Source of the DNA: a virus
Lineage: Duplodnaviria; Caudoviricetes
DNA length: 25,426 nt
Virus record (IMG/VR): IMGVR_UViG_3300044723_007922
Coordinates: 1 to 25,426 of that record
Direction: 5' to 3' (one strand)
Shown here: positions 17,933 through 25,426 of the stretch, in pieces
Layout: the number at the start of each line of letters is the position of its first letter
Position numbering within the stretch: position 1 is the stretch's first letter
Translations under genes and position numbers: made by a program
Notes under the pieces: generated by a model
Seen by the model: only the letters and a program-made list of their open reading frames with translations
Told to the model about the DNA's origin: nothing
Database searches by the model: none

Positions 17933-18272
17933 TCTGCTCTTCTGTGTACTCTTGTGCTTCTAACAATTCTTCATTTGCTAATAGTAGCTGCTCTCTTAGA
18001 CTTGTGATTTCATCTAATAAAGGTTGTATACTATCAGTATCGGTTGCAAGTTGGTACAGCTTTGAGCTTTCTTTTACTAAAAACTCATGTGAGTTTGATA
18101 ATCCTTCTACAGGTATCTCGTAAAAAAGTTTATTATATAATCTGAACAGCTCTTCTACTGTGTCATTGTCTTGTTCTACTGTAGGGTCTATAAAAGTCTC
18201 AAAATCTGTATTAACAGCTTTTTCAAAATCATCTTTCTTTATTACTGTTTTTTTTGCTTGTATATTAGCCAT
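17919..18272 (-). CDS. Hypothetical protein with a C-terminal coiled coil (baseplate module)
   Basis: IQPLLDEITSLREQLLLANEELLE heptads. Overlaps both neighbours. Confidence 0.75.
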   Translation of the reverse strand: MANIQAKKTVIKKDDFEKAVNTDFETFIDPTVEQDNDTVEELFRLYNKLFYEIPVEGLSNSHEFLVKESSKLYQLATDTDSIQPLLDEITSLREQLLLANEELLEAQEYTEEQNGTN

Positions 18273-19383
18273 TTCTTACTACCTTAAAAGTATTATCATT
18301 ATTAATAATAGCTGTTGTACCGTCTAATTCTGTTTTTACAAGTATTCTATAAAATCTCTCTGGTTGTAGTCCATCCATGTAAACGTCAAAGTATGAACCA
18401 GATGCATCACAAGAAATCTTTGTAAAATCGTTATCGAAATCAATTACCATCTCCTCAGTAAAATCGTCTTTCAACCCCCAGTATGACTGTGAAGGTAAAG
18501 CGTAATTTGTTCTATAAACAGATCCTGTTGTAAAAGTCCTAGTTGGGTACTTAGGTCTTGCTAGCATCCTGAATCTCAGTTTACCTACGTCTGGGAATTC
18601 TCCTTTGTTGTTTGTAACATCTATCTCTGCTTGTGAAGTTGTTAATAGTGTAAGACTACCAGTTACATAGTTACTATCATCCCATTTTATGTCAAGTGTA
18701 GGAGGGTATATAGTATTGGTGTCCCCACTGTAGTACTTATGTCTTACTGAAGATGTTAAGCCAAACTCTATTTCATCATCAAGTTTAAGTATAAATCCGT
18801 TGTTAGTAATCGAACCGGTATAGTGTAGCAGTACTGCGTTAGTAACGTCAATACTTAAATCTATATTATCGTTCAATTCAAAGGACTGTGATGTATGTAA
18901 ATCATATCCGTTTGAACCTGTATACCAGTTACCTCCGCCTAGATGGGTAGAGTTGTAAGAGCCTGTAACGTTTACGGGCATGGTAATAGTGTTGTGTGGT
19001 AGAGTCCATGAATTTGTATTTTGAGCTCCTGCATATCTCCAAGTACATCCGGACTTATCATAAGGCTCATCTCCGTACTTACCTACTCCTCCGTCCCAGT
19101 ACTCGTATATTGGATAAGCGTGTACTGAATGAGATGTTGGTGTTTCATATGCTGATGCTAGTTTGACGTTTATACTTGCACTAAAATTAGTGCTTCCTAC
19201 TTTATTGTTTACCACATTAGCAATTTCACTATCTTTAAAGTGCAGAAGTACTCTAGATGCTTGTCCAACTTCTAGTACCGGGTAACCACCTAGCTCAACC
19301 ATTTCATCGTATCCGGCATTAGCTATAGGTACCTCTGTGAATATGAATGTATCTTTGTCGGGAAATAATTTATATACTGCCAT
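18265..19383 (-). CDS. Structural protein with a DNRLRE/CBM96-like beta-sandwich domain
   Basis: PDKDTFI...SRVLLHF...WDGG...W...NNGFILK...YYSGDT...PTLDIKW follows the DNRLRE-type pattern. Confidence 0.55.
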   Translation of the reverse strand: MAVYKLFPDKDTFIFTEVPIANAGYDEMVELGGYPVLEVGQASRVLLHFKDSEIANVVNNKVGSTNFSASINVKLASAYETPTSHSVHAYPIYEYWDGGVGKYGDEPYDKSGCTWRYAGAQNTNSWTLPHNTITMPVNVTGSYNSTHLGGGNWYTGSNGYDLHTSQSFELNDNIDLSIDVTNAVLLHYTGSITNNGFILKLDDEIEFGLTSSVRHKYYSGDTNTIYPPTLDIKWDDSNYVTGSLTLLTTSQAEIDVTNNKGEFPDVGKLRFRMLARPKYPTRTFTTGSVYRTNYALPSQSYWGLKDDFTEEMVIDFDNDFTKISCDASGSYFDVYMDGLQPERFYRILVKTELDGTTAIINNDNTFKVVRNG

Positions 19384-19384
19384 G

Positions 19385-21181
19385 TTATAATGTTGTTGTT
19401 CTTCCTTTTATATCAGTGTTTGGAAATTTTACTTCAAATATACACGGATCATATGATGGGTATACTATATTATTTTTAGTTGCACCTTTTACATCATAGC
19501 CGTACTGTGAGTAGTTTCCTCCTGCTTTGTTGACTATTTCTATCTTTTGAACAGTTTGTACTCCTTCTACTTTGTCAAGTTCTTTAAAAAGATCAGATAT
19601 ATTAATTGATTGATTTATATGCCTTTTTGTAGTTTTAAAGTAACTTTGTAATTTTAAATTACAGTTTAATAGTACATCTCTACTGGTAAAATTTGGTCTT
19701 ACTATAATTTCGTACTCTATTCCTATGTTTACTATAAATGCATCTTTTATTGAAATACTATCTGTTACCATTGTATATTCAGATAAATAAGTTTTTAGGT
19801 TATTTTTTAATGTTGCTGGTGCATTTCTCAACGTGCTATCATTGTCATAAGCTAATACATAAAGTGCTATCGCTAAAGGATTATTATTTACTAGTCCTTG
19901 ATCATTTGTATTAGTAAGCTGATCTTGTGTAGCGTATGCTTTAGCTATACTGCCGTATTTACTAGGCATAGATAGTGCTCTTACAGTATAGTCTTGTAGA
20001 GTTACAGTCCTGTTCTGTTCATTAAAGGCTCTCAGAGAGTTTTCTCTCAACTCATCTGCCGTATCTCCGTCTCTTCCTCCTGATGCTGGTTTTGCATTAT
20101 TCACAGTTATTGAGGTTGTGTTAGTGCCTGCAATACTATATTTTTCAGTAATAGTATTTGCTTTAACATTAGAAGTTACTCCTCCACCTACAAGGTAGTT
20201 AACAGTTAAGTTTGTAGTAGGGGCTATTCCATAGGCTTGGCTATATAAAAAGTTAGATGGATCATATGCATAATCTATTCTTGAAATACCTTGATTAGTT
20301 GCGTTTCCTACATTTGTAGCATCTGGTAGTATAACAGAGTCGTCACTACTATTTGTACCGGATCCAAATTGTATTTCTAAATTACCGTTAGATTGAAATC
20401 TTGTTACAAACCTCCTAGGTACCTTCTGTAGGCTTAGTACGTACGGTACTCTATTTGAATCTGAGTTAGAATTTGAATCGTCTTTATATATAGTATCTTG
20501 ACCTAAAAACGGTACTTCGTACCAAAAATTACCATCACTATCTACGATACTGGAGATTCCTACTATATTTTTATCTGTTAAAGTGAGAGTTTTAAACTTT
20601 TCTACAGTTCCGATTGTGAACTGTTTTTGTTTTAATTCTCCAGAAAATGCTTTAACTTTCTTTCTAAGTAAAAACTGTGCTGGATTGTTAGATCCATCGA
20701 AGGAGTTTATAATTACTTCTGTAGGATCGAAAGAACTAGAGTAGGTAAAATCAACAGCTTGATCTACTAAAAAGTTTGTTTTAGAAGTATCTGATGATCT
20801 ATATATAGCGTTTGCGTTTATATTTGCAGCAGTTGACCAGTCTGGATTGTATGAACCATCTGCGTTTACTACCTGTGATAGGGTGAGTTCAACCTCTGAT
20901 ACTCCGGTCACTTTAGGTTTATACCCCATCATATATGCTAAGTTAAATAAGTTCTTTGGGTTTTTTGCATATGTTAAAAAGGTTTCCTGAAGCTGCGTAT
21001 CTTGGTAGAATGATAGTACGTCTCCAACATATGATGCCATTTCTATGAACATCATACCGGGTGAGGTAGCTGAAAAATCATTATAGCTATCTGGGAAATA
21101 GTTTTTAGTGTACTCTATTAATTGAGTTCTAAAATCAGAGAACTCTTTATTTATGTATTTTATTTGTCTTTGCTCAGCCAT
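19385..21181 (-). CDS. Baseplate wedge protein (T4 gp6 / baseplate J-like)
   Basis: Y.NKEFSDFR, DFS.TSPGMMFIEM.SYVGDVLSFYQD, LAYMMGYKP, IQFGSG, YLVGGG, ASGGRDGD, QNRTVTLQDY. Confidence 0.9.
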   Translation of the reverse strand: MAEQRQIKYINKEFSDFRTQLIEYTKNYFPDSYNDFSATSPGMMFIEMASYVGDVLSFYQDTQLQETFLTYAKNPKNLFNLAYMMGYKPKVTGVSEVELTLSQVVNADGSYNPDWSTAANINANAIYRSSDTSKTNFLVDQAVDFTYSSSFDPTEVIINSFDGSNNPAQFLLRKKVKAFSGELKQKQFTIGTVEKFKTLTLTDKNIVGISSIVDSDGNFWYEVPFLGQDTIYKDDSNSNSDSNRVPYVLSLQKVPRRFVTRFQSNGNLEIQFGSGTNSSDDSVILPDATNVGNATNQGISRIDYAYDPSNFLYSQAYGIAPTTNLTVNYLVGGGVTSNVKANTITEKYSIAGTNTTSITVNNAKPASGGRDGDTADELRENSLRAFNEQNRTVTLQDYTVRALSMPSKYGSIAKAYATQDQLTNTNDQGLVNNNPLAIALYVLAYDNDSTLRNAPATLKNNLKTYLSEYTMVTDSISIKDAFIVNIGIEYEIIVRPNFTSRDVLLNCNLKLQSYFKTTKRHINQSINISDLFKELDKVEGVQTVQKIEIVNKAGGNYSQYGYDVKGATKNNIVYPSYDPCIFEVKFPNTDIKGRTTTL

Positions 21182-21591
21182 TATTGTTCAAAGTTTATTA
21201 CTAGTTCATCCTGTACGTTTGTATCTCTTATTGAGTAACGTAGAAAGAATATTACTGCGTTAGTGTCTGGATCTGATGCTACTTGAATTAATGTAGGTTG
21301 TATGTTTGGAAAAAAGTCTGTAAGATCTTTTTCTATTGTGCTCTCAATTAAGTCAAGTTGATTTCTATCTATATTTTCGAATAATAAAGATTTAATGTTA
21401 GATCCAAAATTAGGGTTCAAATATCTCTCACCTTTATTAGTTAAAAAATAGTTTATTAAGTTAGCTTTTAGTGCATCTTTTGTTTCGTACGTAGAATTAA
21501 ACACAGCGCTTCCTTCAAATGGAAGGTCTACTCCTATAGCCTTTCTAGGCTGTAGGTCTAATGGGTTAATTCTTTTTACGTTGAATGCCAT
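21181..21591 (-). CDS. gp25/GPW-like baseplate wedge (sheath initiator) protein
   Basis: LKANLINYFLTNKGERYLNPNFGSNIKSLLFE, directly upstream of baseplate J. Confidence 0.9.
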   Translation of the reverse strand: MAFNVKRINPLDLQPRKAIGVDLPFEGSAVFNSTYETKDALKANLINYFLTNKGERYLNPNFGSNIKSLLFENIDRNQLDLIESTIEKDLTDFFPNIQPTLIQVASDPDTNAVIFFLRYSIRDTNVQDELVINFEQ

Positions 21592-21592
21592 T

Positions 21593-22066
21593 CTATCCTA
21601 ATCTTGCTTTATCTTTCTTATTAGCAGCGTCTAATATGCTTTTTGCTTTACCTACAAAATCAAGTTTAGAAATATCTATACCTGGCTGGTTTCCTGACAT
21701 TCCCATATTAGAAGCCACGGAAGAAGCAAAGTTTGGTTTTTTAACCATGTCAGATGTTCCACCATATACCTGTTGGTACTCACCACCGGTCATAGATGCT
21801 TGAGTCTGTTCTAACATGCTCTGTATTTTATTATCTTTTGTAAACTTTATATTAGTTGCTTTTGGTTTTTGATTGGTAAGCATTTCATCTAAAGTTGCAC
21901 TCTTACCTACAGACCATTTTTTCTTTTGACCTTTAGGTACTTCTTTCATTCCACCACCTGGGGTGCTGGCTGCTTTGACTGCTTCATTAAGGATGTCTTG
22001 TAACTCTTCCTTTACTGCAGCTTTTACTTCTTCTCGTATGATTTTTCTTAATTGATCAAGTTTCAT
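21593..22066 (-). CDS. Hypothetical protein with MKL..IIREEV leader (possible head-associated protein)
   Basis: MKLDQLRKIIREEVKAAVKEEL. Has its own upstream TATTTATA motif. Confidence 0.75.
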   Translation of the reverse strand: MKLDQLRKIIREEVKAAVKEELQDILNEAVKAASTPGGGMKEVPKGQKKKWSVGKSATLDEMLTNQKPKATNIKFTKDNKIQSMLEQTQASMTGGEYQQVYGGTSDMVKKPNFASSVASNMGMSGNQPGIDISKLDFVGKAKSILDAANKKDKARLG

Positions 22067-22069
22067 ATA

Positions 22070-22077
22070 TATAAATA
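22070..22077 (-). promoter_or_regulatory. TATTTATA motif (putative late promoter)
   Basis: Intergenic, 3 nt upstream of the ATG at 22066. Confidence 0.55.
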
Positions 22078-22101
22078 GTTATAAAGTTTTTTCGTTAAGA
22101 G

Positions 22102-23268
22102 TTATGTATTTAAATTTAAATTATTAAGTATCTGCTGTGCTCTCTGTACTTCTTTTTCTGTTTCTTCTTTTTGTCTTTTCCAAATACTATATTCTCTTTT
22201 TTCCTTATCTGATGCTCTTTTCATTGTTTTAGCTCTCTTTCTTTGGAATAAACCTGTTCTTATATAATCTTTATATCCTTTTTCTCTTAAAAAAGTTTTA
22301 AATGATAGATCTAATCCAGATAAATTATATACAAACTCAGGAGCAGGAGGAGGTGGTGGTGGAAGTGGTGGTGGAGCAGTCTGTGTTGGGGTTGGTGCTT
22401 TTGGTGCTGTTGTTATAATAAGACTGTCTTCAGTATTTATAGGAGGATTTAAAACTGCTTCTAATCTTAATTTTAACTCATCTATAAGCACTTGAGGTTC
22501 GCTTGCAAAAGATAAAGGACCTTTAAGTATCGTTACACCTCTTCTATCTATAGCTATTGCCTGTCTCCTTGGTGCTACTAAACCATCCTCAGATGATGAA
22601 ATAATTTTTATACTATATACAGCTCCGTTTGTACTTGTATATAGCTCCTTAACTAAAGAGTTGTCGTACCCTGTATTGCCAGAAGCTGCTAAAATTTTTC
22701 TTCTATCATCGTCTGAAAGATCTGGGTTTGAAGCACATTTTTGTATGAGAGATTCAATTTGTGCTATTCTAGCTTTTAATGGACTCAAAACTCCATCTAC
22801 TCCGCCAAAGAGACTCCTCATTGCTTTCTGTTCGTCAGATAGCCCGTTTATCATATTATTTGTAAACGCAAGTTTGTTTGCGTTACTTTGTATTTTACCC
22901 ATAGTTTGAGAGGCCACAACCCCACCTTGTGGTCCTGGTCGTGTACCTATAGTGGACGGAATAAAAAGATGAGAAAGTATGCTAACAACAACTTTACCTG
23001 CTGCAATAGGTTTATCTAGGTTATCAGGTACTTTTTTCAAGTTAGTTATTTTTTTATCAAAACTATTTATGAGAGTTTTTAAAGTACTTAATGTCTTAGT
23101 CATTTTCTCTAATACCTCTGGTGGAGGACATCTATTTAAAAGCTCTTTGATCATTTCGTCAATCTTCTGATTTACTTTAGATATAATTACAGCCTGTATT
23201 GCTCCAAGTTGCTGAGCAAGAAACTTAGGTAAGTTAGATTTAAAATTTTTTAGTAATCCGTGTGGCAT
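22102..23268 (-). CDS. Hypothetical helical structural protein with a Pro-rich linker and basic C-terminus
   Basis: Coiled-coil N-terminal half, RRQAIA...GPLSFAS.PQVLIDELK domain, then APTPTQTAPPPLPPPPPPAP. Confidence 0.75.
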   Translation of the reverse strand: MPHGLLKNFKSNLPKFLAQQLGAIQAVIISKVNQKIDEMIKELLNRCPPPEVLEKMTKTLSTLKTLINSFDKKITNLKKVPDNLDKPIAAGKVVVSILSHLFIPSTIGTRPGPQGGVVASQTMGKIQSNANKLAFTNNMINGLSDEQKAMRSLFGGVDGVLSPLKARIAQIESLIQKCASNPDLSDDDRRKILAASGNTGYDNSLVKELYTSTNGAVYSIKIISSSEDGLVAPRRQAIAIDRRGVTILKGPLSFASEPQVLIDELKLRLEAVLNPPINTEDSLIITTAPKAPTPTQTAPPPLPPPPPPAPEFVYNLSGLDLSFKTFLREKGYKDYIRTGLFQRKRAKTMKRASDKEKREYSIWKRQKEETEKEVQRAQQILNNLNLNT

Positions 23269-24428
23269 TATTCAACAAATACTTTTTTTGATTTCAATTC
23301 AGATTCTCCTCCAACATTTATACGTTGCCTAAGGTCCTTAAGAAACTCTTCAAGGACGGGGGCTATTGCAATAAAACCGGGTATACTGTCTGCCCTGGTT
23401 GTGACAGCGTTTTTAAGAGCATCGTTTAAAAGCTCTAACATGCTAACTAAATTAAATAGCCATGCCTCTAACATATCCCCTCTTATCACAGGCTGTTGTT
23501 CAAAAATTCTAGCATCTTTTCCTAGATAGATTTTTTCTGCATCTAATCCTATACTAGAGATTGCATCTATACCTATTGTTTCTGAACTAACGCTAAAAAT
23601 ATTATTAGCTGTAAAGTTTATATCTTCTTCTTTTGCGTTAAAAAGTAATCTTCCTGAATTAATTACTACTTGTGCACCTTTATAAGATTCTGCTGATATT
23701 GGGTTAGTATTAAGTGAATCATATTTACTTCTTACTTGTTCAAGTTCTACAGACTTATCTGAGGTTAGATATATTGATGATGAGTCGTTATTTATATTTT
23801 CTAATAAAGATTCTTTTTCTTCATCAGTACTACGTCCGTTTGAAATTTTAACAAAAGGTGGGCTATCGGAGTTATCTGCAGTTGTGTACCCTCCTAACCT
23901 AATTGATTGTCCTAACCTACCTTCTATTAATATGTCTCCAGGGTTAAGTTCAAGTGGTTTGACATCATCTCTTTCTTCAATTTGATACTCTTTTCCTAAG
24001 TCTGGTGGTTGAGCTGTTTCGTTTTTCTCTATTTCACTTAGTACTGGTAGAGCATTATGATTTGGATTATTCCAGATTGAGAGTATAGTAGAGTAGTAAA
24101 GTTTAGAACTACTTTTATTATCTACTAAAGCTTCTTCACCTGCTATAAACGACTCTAGTATTATTATTTCGTTTTTAAGAGGAATGTTTTTTATATTACT
24201 GTCTATAGGGTAAGCTATAGGCAGATTGCTCGTCTCTGATTTTTCATATTGTGGGTATGAATGTAAGGGTTCAAATCTCACTGCTCCTAATACTCTTATA
24301 TTCGTATAATCAGGATGTTTTTCAGATAGTATAATATCTCTCACTCTACCTAATTTAATAGTATTATTATTATTTTGGTAGAATGGTGTATTTTTACTTA
24401 ATTCGTAATTAGTAGAAAACTTATTCAT
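23268..24428 (-). CDS. Probable baseplate spike/hub protein (gp5/gpV-like)
   Basis: N-terminal OB-like part (GRVRDI...AYP...IPLKNE), PGDILIEGRLGQSIRLG, beta-helix-like VINSGRLLFNAK...IYLG, QPVIRGD. Lies upstream of gp25. Confidence 0.6.
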   Translation of the reverse strand: MNKFSTNYELSKNTPFYQNNNNTIKLGRVRDIILSEKHPDYTNIRVLGAVRFEPLHSYPQYEKSETSNLPIAYPIDSNIKNIPLKNEIIILESFIAGEEALVDNKSSSKLYYSTILSIWNNPNHNALPVLSEIEKNETAQPPDLGKEYQIEERDDVKPLELNPGDILIEGRLGQSIRLGGYTTADNSDSPPFVKISNGRSTDEEKESLLENINNDSSSIYLTSDKSVELEQVRSKYDSLNTNPISAESYKGAQVVINSGRLLFNAKEEDINFTANNIFSVSSETIGIDAISSIGLDAEKIYLGKDARIFEQQPVIRGDMLEAWLFNLVSMLELLNDALKNAVTTRADSIPGFIAIAPVLEEFLKDLRQRINVGGESELKSKKVFVE

Positions 24429-24792
24429 CTTCAGTTTCTTCCTTATTCTCTACCTCTTCTATATTTTCTTCTAATTCATCTTGTTCTTCTAATAAGTCTT
24501 GAAGTTCTGATAAGTCGAACATTCCGTCTCCTTCTCCTTTAGATGCAGCTGTCTCTATACGTTGAATTACTGTCGCTAACTTGATTAAATGCTCGTCATT
24601 CTTTACACCTATCTCCATATATTCTTTAATCATAGGTACAATAAGAGTAGCGTCTCCAATGTTTTCTATTAGAGGTTTTAATTCACCTATAAGAGCTTTT
24701 ACTTGTGTTCTAGTACTTGTTGAATTATCGTGAATTTCAGAAAAAAGATCAGATAGAGTCTTTCCTTTAAATATTTCTTTATCTAGGCTCAT
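24421..24792 (-). CDS. Hypothetical acidic helical protein
   Basis: 123-aa ORF with an acidic C-terminal tail and an upstream TATTTATA motif. Confidence 0.75.
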   Translation of the reverse strand: MSLDKEIFKGKTLSDLFSEIHDNSTSTRTQVKALIGELKPLIENIGDATLIVPMIKEYMEIGVKNDEHLIKLATVIQRIETAASKGEGDGMFDLSELQDLLEEQDELEENIEEVENKEETEDE

Positions 24793-24806
24793 AATATTTT
24801 ATTTAT

Positions 24807-24814
24807 TATAAATA
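24807..24814 (-). promoter_or_regulatory. TATTTATA motif (putative late promoter)
   Basis: Intergenic, directly after the sigma gene stop and 14 nt upstream of the ATG at 24792. Confidence 0.55.
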
Positions 24815-24817
24815 GAT

Positions 24818-25426
24818 TTAGATGTTATTCTGGGAAAGTAAACCTTGATCGTATAATTTTTGGTAGTTTTCTTTAAAGTCTTCCTTGAGAACTGTTATGA
24901 CTTTGGTAAGTTGAGGTGTTTCACATTCAGTCATCTCTCTTATGTAGATGTAAAGTGCTTTTTTCTTGAAAATATCTAGATCATGTCTAGTTCTAAATAA
25001 AGTTAAAACAGCATCTGCTATTTTTATATCAGATTCTTTTTGAAACATACCCTCAATTTTTAAATAGACAGAGTCTATCCAAGCGTTCATAAAGTTACTA
25101 AGGGATTTACCTGATAGAGAGTCCATATCTATGACCTGTTCGTAGCTCTCTTCTATATCGTCGAACGATCCTATCTGTTTTAGCTTCTTATAGTTCTTGT
25201 TGTTGTAGTTAATTAACCATCTTTTAACTATCGTACCAAAGTAAGAGTATGCTTTTGCTCCATTAGTAGGATCAAACTTCATAATCTTCTCTTCATAGAG
25301 CATAGATACTATTTCATGCTTTAAATCTTCTATTTTATCTACATCTGTGTAGTAAAACTTGAAAGTATGTATGATATTCTCTGCTAGCTTGTAGAAAGGG
25401 TAGTAAATGTGTTCAGAAAAGATTTT
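24818..25426 (-). CDS. Phage RNA polymerase sigma factor, T4 gp55-like; 5' end lies beyond the window
   Basis: Frame is open to the window end: KIFSEHIYYPFYKLAENIIHTFKFYY...EDLKHEIVSML...KFDPTNGAKAYSYFGTIVKRWLI matches the sigma region 2 FDP...AYSYF pattern. Confidence 0.7.
   Translation of the reverse strand, partial: KIFSEHIYYPFYKLAENIIHTFKFYYTDVDKIEDLKHEIVSMLYEEKIMKFDPTNGAKAYSYFGTIVKRWLINYNNKNYKKLKQIGSFDDIEESYEQVIDMDSLSGKSLSNFMNAWIDSVYLKIEGMFQKESDIKIADAVLTLFRTRHDLDIFKKKALYIYIREMTECETPQLTKVITVLKEDFKENYQKLYDQGLLSQNNI

Noticed and set aside
2960-23529. Short plus-strand ORFs (2960, 3651, 6429, 17926, 21585, 22661, 22979, 23260) and nested minus-strand ORF 12686..12871
   Set aside because: They lie antisense to or inside well-supported genes and show no recognisable motifs.
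22434-23796. Coding-strand TATAAATA (canonical T4 late promoter) at 22434-22441 and 23789-23796
   Set aside because: Both are deep inside CDSs, far from starts, and plausible by chance in AT-rich DNA.
25301-25303. Track start for the sigma-like gene
   Set aside because: The frame stays open for 41 more codons to the window edge with sigma-like sequence, so this is an internal Met.
1-25426. Giant eukaryotic virus origin or stop-codon recoding
   Set aside because: gp25, baseplate J, a sigma factor and overlapping operonic genes indicate a phage. The standard code already gives near-complete coding density, with TAA, TAG and TGA all used as stops.

Overview
AT-rich, gene-dense segment of a large contractile-tailed (myovirus-type) phage genome, with essentially every real gene on the minus strand. 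In transcription order it encodes: a 5'-truncated T4 gp55-like late sigma factor; a baseplate/tail module (spike/hub-like protein, gp25-like protein, baseplate J/gp6, a 1452-aa wedge-like protein, collar/fibre-like proteins); four glycosyltransferase genes (two GT60/Gnt1-like GlcNAc transferases, a GT-A enzyme, an HtrL/YibB-GT-A fusion) behind their own sigma70-like promoter; a SegE-type GIY-YIG nuclease; and small probable virion proteins. The most notable signal is a candidate phage-encoded mucin-type protein O-glycosylation system. GT60-type initiating transferases sit beside tail proteins that carry Ser/Pro/Thr/Ala tandem-repeat linkers and Cys-paired domains, and a [S/T]-G-S tripeptide is strongly enriched in the structural proteins. 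Other signals are a TATTTATA motif upstream of structural genes, a shared MKL..(I/L)xE N-terminal leader, and an exact 44-bp linker duplication. All family assignments come from motif recognition by eye, not database searches.
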